Shown piece by piece: positions 7,314-14,607 of a DNA stretch of 64,000 bases (within the stretch, counting starts at the first letter, position 1; the number at the start of each line of letters is the position of its first letter). Made by a program: the position numbers and the translations under genes. The stretch lies in IMG/VR virus record IMGVR_UViG_3300045120_000462; one strand, written 5' to 3'. The notes below the pieces were generated by a model, which saw only the letters and a program-made list of their open reading frames with translations, made no database searches and was not told the DNA's origin. The DNA is from a virus.

Positions 7314-7595
7314 CTAGTCTCCACGTTGGTTCTCCTCCGGCCAGCTCGGTGGTGGGTTCTCCACGAAGACCTTGCGGGCGAGATCCATGCGCTGCTGGGT
7401 CGCCAGCGGGAGGTTGTCGACGGCGTAGCCGTACATCTGGCGTAGTTGCTCGACCTTGCGGGCGGCGGCGCCGTGCCACTCGGTGTGCGTCTCCTGGTCG
7501 ATCTCGGCAACCAACGCAGCGCACTCGCCGCAGCGGGTGAACAGCCACTTGACGCCGTTGTCGCCGGTCATCCGGTAAGCGTTGAAGTACCTCAC
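7314..7595 (-). CDS. hypothetical protein (CGEC motif)
   Basis: Frame of ORF 7314..7715(-); GTG 7595 overlaps upstream stop (GTGA); alternative ATG at 7571. Confidence 0.55.
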   Translation of the reverse strand: MRYFNAYRMTGDNGVKWLFTRCGECAALVAEIDQETHTEWHGAAARKVEQLRQMYGYAVDNLPLATQQRMDLARKVFVENPPPSWPEENQRGD

Positions 7596-7813
7596 TGCGC
7601 CACGATGATCTTGGTGGGCGTCAGCAGCCCGTGCTGCGCCGCAATCTGGTCGACCTCGCCCAGGATGCTCGTGCGCTGTTCCTCGGGTAGCTCGTTGAGC
7701 CGGTCGAGCGCCCATTGGGGCACCACCAGCTCGGCCTGGCGAGGCGGCTGGTGCTTGTACAGCTCGATGTACTCAGACAGCACCTCGTTGTAGCGCATCG
7801 TCTCGTCGGTCAT
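7592..7813 (-). CDS. hypothetical protein
   Basis: ORF 7592..7813(-); ATGA coupling upstream. Confidence 0.65.
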   Translation of the reverse strand: MTDETMRYNEVLSEYIELYKHQPPRQAELVVPQWALDRLNELPEEQRTSILGEVDQIAAQHGLLTPTKIIVAQ

Positions 7814-8103
7814 GGAGCCTCCGCTCGTATCTCGTCACCCAGGTCGCAGAACAGCGAGTACTCGATGTAGTCGTCAGGGTCGTCCTCGTAGACACGGGCG
7901 ATCACGCCGTCGTAGAAGTAGGAGAACAGGAACGTGCCCACCCGCCAGCGGCCAAGACGGCCGCTGCGGTCGTTGGCCTTGCGGAACCAGCAGCGGTCGT
8001 TGCGATCCAGCGTCGAGGCCACCCACTCGCCCTCGTTGCAGCGGTAGCCCTCACCGATGGGGCCGATGAAGTCGGGCGGGTAGGCGGTGAGACGGCCGCT
8101 CAC
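7810..8103 (-). CDS. hypothetical protein
   Basis: ORF 7810..8103(-); GTG start overlapping upstream stop. Confidence 0.6.
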   Translation of the reverse strand: MSGRLTAYPPDFIGPIGEGYRCNEGEWVASTLDRNDRCWFRKANDRSGRLGRWRVGTFLFSYFYDGVIARVYEDDPDDYIEYSLFCDLGDEIRAEAP

Positions 8104-8258
8104 TCGTACCTCCTCACAAGACGGATGGCCGCTGCGTACATAGCCTTCATGCTCAGGTCACCTCTCGCTTCCTCTTCGACCAACCGACACCACTCGCACA
8201 GGTAGATGCCGTCCCCGGGTGACGGAGTACCGCAGGAATCACACTCCCACTCGTTCAT
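8100..8258 (-). CDS. 52-aa zinc-ribbon protein (CxxC..CxxC)
   Basis: Below the ORF-track cutoff; MNEWECDSCGTPSPGDGIYLCEWCRLVEEE...; ATGA overlap at 8255-8258 and GTGA overlap at 8100-8103 link it to both neighbours. Confidence 0.55.
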   Translation of the reverse strand: MNEWECDSCGTPSPGDGIYLCEWCRLVEEEARGDLSMKAMYAAAIRLVRRYE

Positions 8259-8506
8259 GCCCTCGCCTTCCGGTAGCTGGTCAACGCCCCAAACAGGCCA
8301 CCCATGGCCCGCCAGAAGTCATCGCTCAGGTCGTTGCGCTCCTGCACGTCCTCGGCGTCCCATGCAGCCGTCGCTGTGGCGATCTTGGTGGCCAGGTCGT
8401 CGGCCAGCGCCCTCCCGGCCTCTAGGGCGTCAGCGGCCTCATCGAGCAGGTCGCCGTCAGGCACCGCACGCCGCAGGCTTGCGATGATCTCATCAGTCGT
8501 CGTCAT
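8255..8506 (-). CDS. hypothetical protein
   Basis: Internal ATG 8506 of ORF 8255..8593(-), preceded by AAGGACGAGGA; MTTTDEIIASL... Confidence 0.6.
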   Translation of the reverse strand: MTTTDEIIASLRRAVPDGDLLDEAADALEAGRALADDLATKIATATAAWDAEDVQERNDLSDDFWRAMGGLFGALTSYRKARA

Positions 8507-8606
8507 AGTCCTCGTCCTTGCTCTTGCCGCCCTGCTCCAACCACGCCCCGATCCCGAAGGCGGCGACGAGCAGAGCACCAACGATGAACACACCGATGCC
8601 GATCAC
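8493..8606 (-). CDS. 37-aa membrane peptide with acidic tail
   Basis: GTG 8606 overlaps upstream stop (GTGA); VIGIGVFIVGALLVAAFGIGAWLEQGGKSKDEDYDDD. Confidence 0.45.
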   Translation of the reverse strand: MIGIGVFIVGALLVAAFGIGAWLEQGGKSKDEDYDDD

Positions 8607-8884
8607 GACACCCACTCCACCACGCCCATCGACACCGCCAGGCGCAGCACGTAGCCGGCGTGGCGATCGTAGAAGCCTCTGCACACCGGCTCGACCGGCT
8701 CGCCTTGGTAGAGATGGTGGTGGCACACGATGCTGCCGGCCTCGTCGGCGGTGGCGCCGGCCACCATCTCGTCGCGGCGCTCGGCGCCGACCGGCGAGCG
8801 TGGCCCGAAGATGCACGTGTGGCACTGAGTGGCGCGGATGTGGACTCGTCCGTCCACGAAGACCTTGTGCCGGCGCCGGCTCAC
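8603..8884 (-). CDS. hypothetical Cys/His-rich protein
   Basis: ORF 8603..8884(-); CHTC...CHHH...C. Confidence 0.6.
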   Translation of the reverse strand: MSRRRHKVFVDGRVHIRATQCHTCIFGPRSPVGAERRDEMVAGATADEAGSIVCHHHLYQGEPVEPVCRGFYDRHAGYVLRLAVSMGVVEWVS

Positions 8885-9072
8885 TTCACGAGCTTCCGCA
8901 ACGACTCGACCAGCCGCATGCGCAGACCGATGATCTGCGTGTCGATCGCCTCGTACTGGCGCAGCAGCTCCCTGGTGACGCCGAGACGGTTCATCAACGT
9001 CATCAGGTCACGTCCCTCCCGTTCGAGGCGCGTCAGCTCGACACGCATGGAGGCCGAATCGAGCATCGTCAT
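8881..9072 (-). CDS. hypothetical coiled-coil protein
   Basis: ORF 8881..9072(-); ATGA coupling on both sides. Confidence 0.6.
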   Translation of the reverse strand: MTMLDSASMRVELTRLEREGRDLMTLMNRLGVTRELLRQYEAIDTQIIGLRMRLVESLRKLVK

Positions 9073-9497
9073 AGCGGTCGCACCTTTCCGATGTGGGTCC
9101 AGAACGTCTTGCCGGAGTGCCGGCGCAGCTCGATGTAGGCGGTGTGGCGCTGTGTCGGGCTGCCGGGGTCGTCATGCAGCTCACCGTCGACCACGAAGTA
9201 GGTGGTGTTCTTGGTGCCGGTCCACCGCACCTCCTGATTCGGCTGCAGGTTCTCCCAAAACGGCCAGTACGGCGACCGCGCCAGCGCTGCGCGCACCTCG
9301 ATCGACGGATCGGGGGTCGGCTCGGGCGGGTGGAGGCGCTTGTACTCGGCGTTGCACCACCAACGCAGGCGGTGAACGGTCTCGGGGTGGACGATCTCGC
9401 ACGTCTCGGCGGCGCCGAGGGCGAATCGGAACACGGCGATGACCTCGTCGACCTCGTTGTCGGTGCCATCGAGCGTCCACAGGTCGATTCCGGTCAT
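9069..9497 (-). CDS. hypothetical protein
   Basis: Internal ATG 9497 of ORF 9069..9812(-) overlaps upstream stop 9494-9496 (ATGA); MTGIDLWTLDG... Confidence 0.6.
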   Translation of the reverse strand: MTGIDLWTLDGTDNEVDEVIAVFRFALGAAETCEIVHPETVHRLRWWCNAEYKRLHPPEPTPDPSIEVRAALARSPYWPFWENLQPNQEVRWTGTKNTTYFVVDGELHDDPGSPTQRHTAYIELRRHSGKTFWTHIGKVRPL

Positions 9498-9841
9498 GTC
9501 CGCACCGGCTTGAAGCGGATGAACGACGTACCGTTGACGCAGAGCCAGATTCGGCCGTCCTGGGACACCTGAACGCCGACCTCGCACGACTGTTGATCCA
9601 TCGCGGCGACGATCGCGGCGTTCTCGATCGACAGATGGCCGTGTTGGTACACCGGGCCGTAGCCGGCGAGCGCCTTGGCGAGCTGTTCGACGTCCTGCGC
9701 CTCCCGAGTGGCCCTCGCCGCCTTCTTGCGACGTGCGACGTGGGTGAAACCGACCGACTTGCCGCCCTTCGAGCGGCACTGGTCGCCGCGGCGCGCCATG
9801 CAGTAGGGGCACGACACGCCGGCAGGCCCGATGAGGATCAT
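9494..9841 (-). CDS. zinc-finger protein (CPYCxARxGxxC...H..R motif)
   Basis: Internal ATG 9841 of ORF 9494..10207(-) overlaps upstream stop 9838-9840 (ATGA). Confidence 0.6.
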   Translation of the reverse strand: MILIGPAGVSCPYCMARRGDQCRSKGGKSVGFTHVARRKKAARATREAQDVEQLAKALAGYGPVYQHGHLSIENAAIVAAMDQQSCEVGVQVSQDGRIWLCVNGTSFIRFKPVRT

Positions 9842-10125
9842 TTCGGCGCCAACTTCCGGGCTGCGGCCTTCTTCACTGCCACTCGGGGCAGGGTCGGCTC
9901 GGGCAGGTTGGCCACGCCAACGATGATGATGCCGTAGTTGTGGTCTTTCGGCGCCGATTTCAGGTCGTTGGCCACCAGGAGCACCGCCGTGCGCAACCAC
10001 GAGTCGTCCTGTACCCCGCGGACGTCCATCGTGCTCCCGTCGGAGAGCAGGAAGCGGTAGGTCGTCCAGTGGTAGTCGACCTCGTAGCCCGTGGTGGTCG
10101 CCACGAGTCGAAGGATGTTGGTCAC
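9838..10125 (-). CDS. hypothetical protein, first gene of the leftward operon
   Basis: ORF 9838..10125(-); GTG start, no SD; TAGCCT lies 9 nt upstream on the minus strand. Confidence 0.6.
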   Translation of the reverse strand: MTNILRLVATTTGYEVDYHWTTYRFLLSDGSTMDVRGVQDDSWLRTAVLLVANDLKSAPKDHNYGIIIVGVANLPEPTLPRVAVKKAAARKLAPK

Positions 10126-10230
10126 AGTGCTGGGAGGCTACCAAACTTTCAACGATGTGTCCCACACGTTGACTCGTCACACTTTTGGTGGTTGAATGAC
10201 GCTCCACAACTCACCCAAGGAGTGTTCCAC
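10126..10230. promoter_or_regulatory. divergent intergenic control region
   Basis: Separates the leftward operon from rightward gene 10231; holds TTGACT(10169-10174)-17 nt-TTGAAT(10192-10197) for the + strand and TAGCCT (10135-10140, minus strand). Confidence 0.5.
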
Positions 10231-11082
10231 ATGCCATCACGTCAGTGGTCACTGATCGTGAGCGAGGCGGCGGTCATCGCCGACTCGTACACGACGCCAG
10301 TGACCCTCCGTCAGCTCCACTACCGGCTCGTCGCAGCCGGCACGGGGGGCTACGTCAACACGACGGCGTGCTACAAGCGCCTGTCGTCGTTGACGGCCGA
10401 GGCGCGCCGCGACGGCACGTTCCCGGCGCTGTCCGACCGTACCCGTGGTGTCCATCAGACGACGTCGTTCGCCGATCCGTCCGATGCGATCGAGTGGGTG
10501 ATCGACCGCTACTGGCGCAACCGCACCGAGGATCAGGACTACCAGATTTGGGTGCTGTACGAGAAGGCCACCCTCGGCGCTCAGATCGAGGATTGGGTTC
10601 GTCCGTACGGCCTGCCTTCCGCCGCCCTGCGCGGCTACAGCTCGGAGTCGTTGGAGCGCGAGGTGTTCGAGCAGATGGAGAACGAGCAGGAGGGCGAGCC
10701 GCGCCCGATCGTCGTGTTCTACCTCGGCGACCTCGACCCCGAGGGCGAGGACATCGAGCGCAACTTCGTCGCTCAGGCCGACCGCTGGGGGATCTCGTTC
10801 AAGCATTGGGAGCGCCTGACGGTGTTGCCGGCGCAGATCACCCCGCTCGGACTCGTCCCCAATCCGGGCAAGGCGACATCCAGCCGCGCCGCCGGCTTCG
10901 TGCGCAAGTACGGCGCCCTGTTCCAGATCGAGACCGAGGCCGTCGACCCCGCCACCCTGCGGACGCTGGTGATCAACGCCATCACCAGCAAGGCGTGGTT
11001 CAACAAGGCGCTGTGGACGGCGTCCAAGGATCAGGAGAAGACCGACACCGAGGCTCTCCGCCAGATCGCCAGCACGATCTGA
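10231..11082 (+). CDS. stand-alone Spo11/TopoVI-A-like protein (5Y-CAP + Toprim), 'Mini-A'-like
   Basis: AAGGAG SD 10218-10223; N-terminal TLRQLHYRLV (CAP Tyr motif); VLYEKATL (Toprim Glu); FYLGDLDPEGEDI (DxDPxGxxI Toprim motif). Confidence 0.6.
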   Translation: MPSRQWSLIVSEAAVIADSYTTPVTLRQLHYRLVAAGTGGYVNTTACYKRLSSLTAEARRDGTFPALSDRTRGVHQTTSFADPSDAIEWVIDRYWRNRTEDQDYQIWVLYEKATLGAQIEDWVRPYGLPSAALRGYSSESLEREVFEQMENEQEGEPRPIVVFYLGDLDPEGEDIERNFVAQADRWGISFKHWERLTVLPAQITPLGLVPNPGKATSSRAAGFVRKYGALFQIETEAVDPATLRTLVINAITSKAWFNKALWTASKDQEKTDTEALRQIASTI

Positions 11083-11213
11083 TGGATCTCGACGAGCTGG
11101 CGGAGTGGTTGGAGCGCCACCCGGAGATCGCCTCGATCACGATCACCGAGATCGTCGAGACGACCACTCCGCCGGCCGGTTCTCCACCCGAGTGGGGAAC
11201 CGACGAGTCGTGA
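11082..11213 (+). CDS. 43-aa acidic protein
   Basis: ATG 11082 overlaps stop by 1 nt (TGATG); MDLDELAEWLERHPEIASITITEIVE... Confidence 0.45.
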   Translation: MDLDELAEWLERHPEIASITITEIVETTTPPAGSPPEWGTDES

Positions 11214-11214
11214 T

Positions 11215-11242
11215 TTGACGTTGCGCAACATCGCTGTATTGT
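11215..11242 (+). promoter_or_regulatory. sigma70-like promoter driving a leaderless gene
   Basis: TTGACG 11215-11220, 16-nt spacer, TATTGT 11237-11242, 6 nt, ATG 11249. Confidence 0.55.
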
Positions 11243-11248
11243 GGTGCG

Positions 11249-11386
11249 ATGTTGTCGCAGGCGTCAGCCGACTCGAACACCATCGGGATGCTCGTGGTCG
11301 CCATTCTCGTGCTCGCCGGTCTGCTCATCGCAGACGTGGTCGCTGAGATCGTGCACATGCGTGAGCGACCCAAAGATCGCCACTGA
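11249..11386 (+). CDS. 45-aa single-pass membrane protein
   Basis: MLSQASADSNTIGMLVVAILVLAGLLIADVVAEIVHMRERPKDRH; below the ORF-track cutoff; followed by a terminator. Confidence 0.5.
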   Translation: MLSQASADSNTIGMLVVAILVLAGLLIADVVAEIVHMRERPKDRH

Positions 11387-11405
11387 TCGGCGGACAGTGG
11401 CCACC

Positions 11406-11449
11406 GGGAAGCCCCGTTCCTTCCAGGGGGGTAGGGACGGGGCTTCTCC
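11406..11449. terminator. stem-loop between convergent genes
   Basis: GAAGCCCCGT (11408-11417) / ACGGGGCTTC (11437-11446). Confidence 0.6.
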
Positions 11450-11452
11450 GCG

Positions 11453-11626
11453 TCACTCGTCGGGTTCGTCGGTCTCCTCGACCTCGAAGTACTCGGCCAG
11501 CTCAGCGTTGGCGGTCTCGACCGCTTCGGCGAGCGTTCCGATGATCACGAACGCACCCGAGGGGATCGCCCCCGAGTGCACGATGTGGCAATCGATGTGG
11601 GACTGGCTGAGATCGAGTCGGCTCAT
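11453..11626 (-). CDS. 57-aa acidic protein
   Basis: MSRLDLSQSHIDCHIVHSGAIPSG...EVEETDEPDE; high GC3; 16 nt downstream of the Thr-rich gene. Confidence 0.5.
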   Translation of the reverse strand: MSRLDLSQSHIDCHIVHSGAIPSGAFVIIGTLAEAVETANAELAEYFEVEETDEPDE

Positions 11627-11642
11627 GGTCGTTCAGTATTGC

Positions 11643-13355
11643 CTACACCGTCGGCGGCAGGAACGGCGGCAGGGTGATGGTCGTCGTCGGCCCTGGCGGG
11701 AACGGGCCGTTCGGGTTGGCGCAGGCGCTGCTCTCGGGCGGGTACGTCACTAGCACTGGCCCGGCCGTTGGGTTGACGGTGTACGTCAGGAAGATCCCCT
11801 GCCTCAGGAAGGCGTCGCTGGGATCCTGCACCCAAAAGCCGTCGCTGTTCAGGTTCCACCCCGGCACGTCAGCGATGGACCCGTCGGAGTTCACCACCGT
11901 GCCGGGGTAGAGGATGTCCACCGTAGCCCCAGGCTCGTAGACGAGCGACTGCACCGACACGACTTCGCCGGTCGCGGCGGCGGTCATGGTGAGGGTTCCC
12001 GTGCGCCCAGCGAGCGACGGGAACTGGTTCTGGAACTCGATGCGGATCGTAGGCACCTCGCGCACGCACACGGTGCCGGCGGCGCCGAACGTGAACGTGT
12101 CAGGGAGGGTTGTCGAGCTTGTAGTCGTCGAACCCGATGGGGAGGTCGTTGAGGTCGAGGACGGGCTGGTCGGCCCACTTGTCGTCGTCGTAGAACCGGG
12201 GATCGTCGTCGAAGACGTAGTCGTCGGGGTCGTAGTGGGCGTGCTCGTCGATGTCGTCGTCTCCTCTGGCGGGCAGTTCTCGGGCAGCGTCACGACGGCC
12301 GTGGCCGTCTCGCCCGAGTTGGCGTAGGTCAGGGTGAGCGGGGTCGTGAGGCTCGCAGGGTAGGGGAAGGTGACCGTCTGGCCCGACTGGAAGACCAGCG
12401 GGTTGTTGGAATAGTCGGTGCCGTCCGAGAAGGTCAGCAGGCCGGGGACGCCGTTGAGGTCGGGCCGGTTGCCGAAGGTGATCGAGATCTCGGGGAGGTT
12501 GTCGTCGCCGCAGAAGGCGAAGTCGTCAATACCCAGGAGACTCGGTCGAGGAATGGTCGTTGTAGTGGTCGACGGCGCGGTCGATGAGGTGGTCGAACTT
12601 GTCGTCGTAGATCCCGGGACGGTCGAGCTTGTCGTGGTCGTCTGCTGGGGCTGGGTAGTGGTCGTCGAGGTGCTCGTCGTCGTTGAGGAGGTCGTGGAGG
12701 TCGATGTCGTAGATGTGGACGTAGGCGGCACGGTGGAGGTGGTCGTGCTTGGCGCGGTGGTCGAACTGGTCGTGGTGCTTGACGATGTCGTGGTTGTACC
12801 ACCATCAGGGAGGCACTCAGACACGTCCGGTTCGGGCTGGCCGACGTCGAAGGCGATCACCTTGGAGCGGCCCTGAGCGTCGGCGAAGAACGAGCCGATC
12901 ACGCCGTCCCAATCGGGGATCGCATTGACGCTGACCGAGATCGGGTTCTGACCCGTCTGCAGCCGCTCGTCAACTCCCGGCGTCCCCACGAACTTGCAGA
13001 CGAAGACCTTCTTGCTCGGCTCCGTCGTAGTTGTCGAGGTCGAAGAGGTCGTACTCGTGGATGACGTCGTTGTGGATGTCGAGGTAGAAGTCGGAGTAGA
13101 GGACGTAGTGGTAGGTGCGACCGTCGTAGTGGTGCTCGTGGTGGGCACCGTCTGCGGGTTCGTCGTCACGATCGTCGTCGTGGTAGCGCCGGCCGTCGTC
13201 GTGGTGTACGACGGGTGTGTCGTCGAGGTGGCCTGATGGGTCGTGGTCGTGTACCCGTACCCCGTCGGGATCGCCCCGCTCCCCCACCCGGCAACCACCG
13301 GGGTGCCCACCAGGACACCGCCCACTATCAGGAGCGCCGCAACCCTTGACTTCAT
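11643..13355 (-). CDS. secreted Thr/Ser-rich (mucin-like) multi-domain protein
   Basis: ORF 11643..13367(-); ATG 13355 preceded by GGAGGG; signal-peptide-like MKSRVAALLIVGGVLVGTPVVAGW; long poly-T/S linkers between globular segments. Confidence 0.75.
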   Translation of the reverse strand: MKSRVAALLIVGGVLVGTPVVAGWGSGAIPTGYGYTTTTHQATSTTHPSYTTTTAGATTTTIVTTNPQTVPTTSTTTTVAPTTTSSTPTSTSTSTTTSSTSTTSSTSTTTTEPSKKVFVCKFVGTPGVDERLQTGQNPISVSVNAIPDWDGVIGSFFADAQGRSKVIAFDVGQPEPDVSECLPDGGTTTTSSSTTTSSTTAPSTTTSTVPPTSTSTTSTSTTSSTTTSTSTTTTQPQQTTTTSSTVPGSTTTSSTTSSTAPSTTTTTIPRPSLLGIDDFAFCGDDNLPEISITFGNRPDLNGVPGLLTFSDGTDYSNNPLVFQSGQTVTFPYPASLTTPLTLTYANSGETATAVVTLPENCPPEETTTSTSTPTTTPTTTSSTTIPGSTTTTSGPTSPSSTSTTSPSGSTTTSSTTLPDTFTFGAAGTVCVREVPTIRIEFQNQFPSLAGRTGTLTMTAAATGEVVSVQSLVYEPGATVDILYPGTVVNSDGSIADVPGWNLNSDGFWVQDPSDAFLRQGIFLTYTVNPTAGPVLVTYPPESSACANPNGPFPPGPTTTITLPPFLPPTV

Positions 13356-13415
13356 CCCGCCCTCCACATCTCAGTTGGTCGGCCCACCCTAGTTCCGAGC
13401 CGGCGTTGAGTGGAG

Positions 13416-13446
13416 TTGTGCAACGGGGTTGAATATCTCCTAGACT
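13416..13446 (+). promoter_or_regulatory. candidate promoter for a leaderless transcript
   Basis: GAGTTGTGC (TTGTGC 13416-13421), TAGACT 13441-13446, 8 nt, ATG 13455; no SD. Confidence 0.45.
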
Positions 13447-13454
13447 AGCTAGTC

Positions 13455-13769
13455 ATGCAGGACGTGAACGCCCCGATCGACATCTTCCACCGGATCTCCC
13501 TGACCCTGATCGCCGACATCCGCAAGAAGCTGATCGAGCTGCACGACCCCGAGTGGGAGCCGGCGCCGATGGACCCCGAATGGGAACCGTCCCATCGTGA
13601 CTGTTTGCACCCCCGTCCGTACAGCGGCGGCTACCGTTCGCTGCTGGGGGAGCCGGCCCCACCCCTTCACCATGGTGACGAGGTGTTCTTCTACGATTAC
13701 GCCCTCGGCCGGGGAAGACACCCTTGTATCCTTGAACGTACCGATCGCACAGGAGTTATACGACGATGA
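13455..13769 (+). CDS. hypothetical protein
   Basis: ORF 13455..13769; high GC3 in the 5' part; ATGA coupling to the next gene. Confidence 0.55.
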   Translation: MQDVNAPIDIFHRISLTLIADIRKKLIELHDPEWEPAPMDPEWEPSHRDCLHPRPYSGGYRSLLGEPAPPLHHGDEVFFYDYALGRGRHPCILERTDRTGVIRR

Positions 13770-14224
13770 CCGAGCCGAACAAGACCGCCCCCGACGCGCA
13801 GCCGCTCGTCGGTGCAAGCGAGGCTGCCGAGATGATGGGCGTCGAGCTGTCGACGTTCTCGCACCTTCGTCGCCGGGAGGCGGCGACCGAGAACTCGAAG
13901 TTCCCACTGCCGATCGCCATCCTCCGCTGTGGCCCGATCTGGAAGACGTCGGAGATCAAGCGGTTCTCCAACAAGTACGTGAAGCCCCGCCCCGGCCCGA
14001 AGCCGGTCGGCGAGCAGGTCAAGCCGAAGCGGGCCGTCAAGCAGACGCTGACCAAGTCGCCGGAGGACGCTGCGGTGGCCGGCAACGGCCACGCCAAGAA
14101 GGCTCCGGCGAAGAAGGCACCCGCCGCCAAGGTCGTCGCCAAGAAGGCGCCGGCCAAGGCTGTCGCTGTGCCGGCCAAGCCGTTGAAGCGTGCGCCGCGG
14201 AAGGCCGTACCCGCAGCGGTCTAA
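13766..14224 (+). CDS. HTH (excisionase/MerR-like) protein with Lys/Ala/Pro-rich histone-H1-like tail
   Basis: ORF 13766..14224; N-terminal LVGASEAAEMMGVELSTFSHLRR; C-terminal AKKAPAKKAPAAKVVAKKAPAKAV repeats. Confidence 0.65.
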   Translation: MTEPNKTAPDAQPLVGASEAAEMMGVELSTFSHLRRREAATENSKFPLPIAILRCGPIWKTSEIKRFSNKYVKPRPGPKPVGEQVKPKRAVKQTLTKSPEDAAVAGNGHAKKAPAKKAPAAKVVAKKAPAKAVAVPAKPLKRAPRKAVPAAV

Positions 14225-14244
14225 CCTCTCGGTAGGAGGCAGCC

Positions 14245-14607
14245 ATGGCGTCGAACAGTGACCGCAGGCACCTGACAACGCCGGGTGATGGGTCACGTCC
14301 CGGCGTCTGGCTGCCAATGGCCGGCCAGCGTGTCAGCGTGGCCCGCTACGACTCCGGCCTCAACCAGATCCACGTCATCTTCCAACGTGACGGCACGCCG
14401 TGGGTGTACGACCAAGTGCCCCGCAACATCTGGCGGAACTTCCGGCGCGCCCAATCGCCTGGCAAGTACATCAACCGTGTGCTCAACGACTACCCGTACT
14501 TCGAGGGGTCGTTCAGCTACGCCGGCCACCGCGACACCAACGACGCCGAGGAAGTGGATACCGGCCAGAACGAGCCGCCCGTCAACCGCTCTCAGATGAA
14601 CTGGTGA
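14245..14607 (+). CDS. KTSC-domain protein
   Basis: TAGGAGG SD at 14231-14237; VARYDSGLNQIHVIFQRDGTPWVYDQVPRNIWRNFRRAQSPGKYINRVL fits the KTSC pattern. Confidence 0.65.
   Translation: MASNSDRRHLTTPGDGSRPGVWLPMAGQRVSVARYDSGLNQIHVIFQRDGTPWVYDQVPRNIWRNFRRAQSPGKYINRVLNDYPYFEGSFSYAGHRDTNDAEEVDTGQNEPPVNRSQMNW

Noticed and set aside
10245-11213. 322-aa plus-strand ORF overlapping the TopoVI-A-like gene in another frame
   Set aside because: The translation is Arg/Pro/Gly-rich. The 10231-11082 frame carries the CAP and Toprim motifs and an SD. Only the last 132 nt of this frame (11082-11213) look like a real small gene.
11900-13250. Low-complexity ACC/ACG/TCG-type repeats on the minus strand
   Set aside because: They are in-frame Thr/Ser codon runs of the secreted protein gene, not a satellite or CRISPR array.
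13597-14317. Alternative-frame ORFs 13597-14235(+) and 13697-14317(-) overlapping the HTH/AKKA gene
   Set aside because: Their translations are Arg/Gly/Pro-rich. The 13766-14224 frame has an HTH-like N-terminus, ATGA coupling to the upstream gene and a coherent repeat structure.
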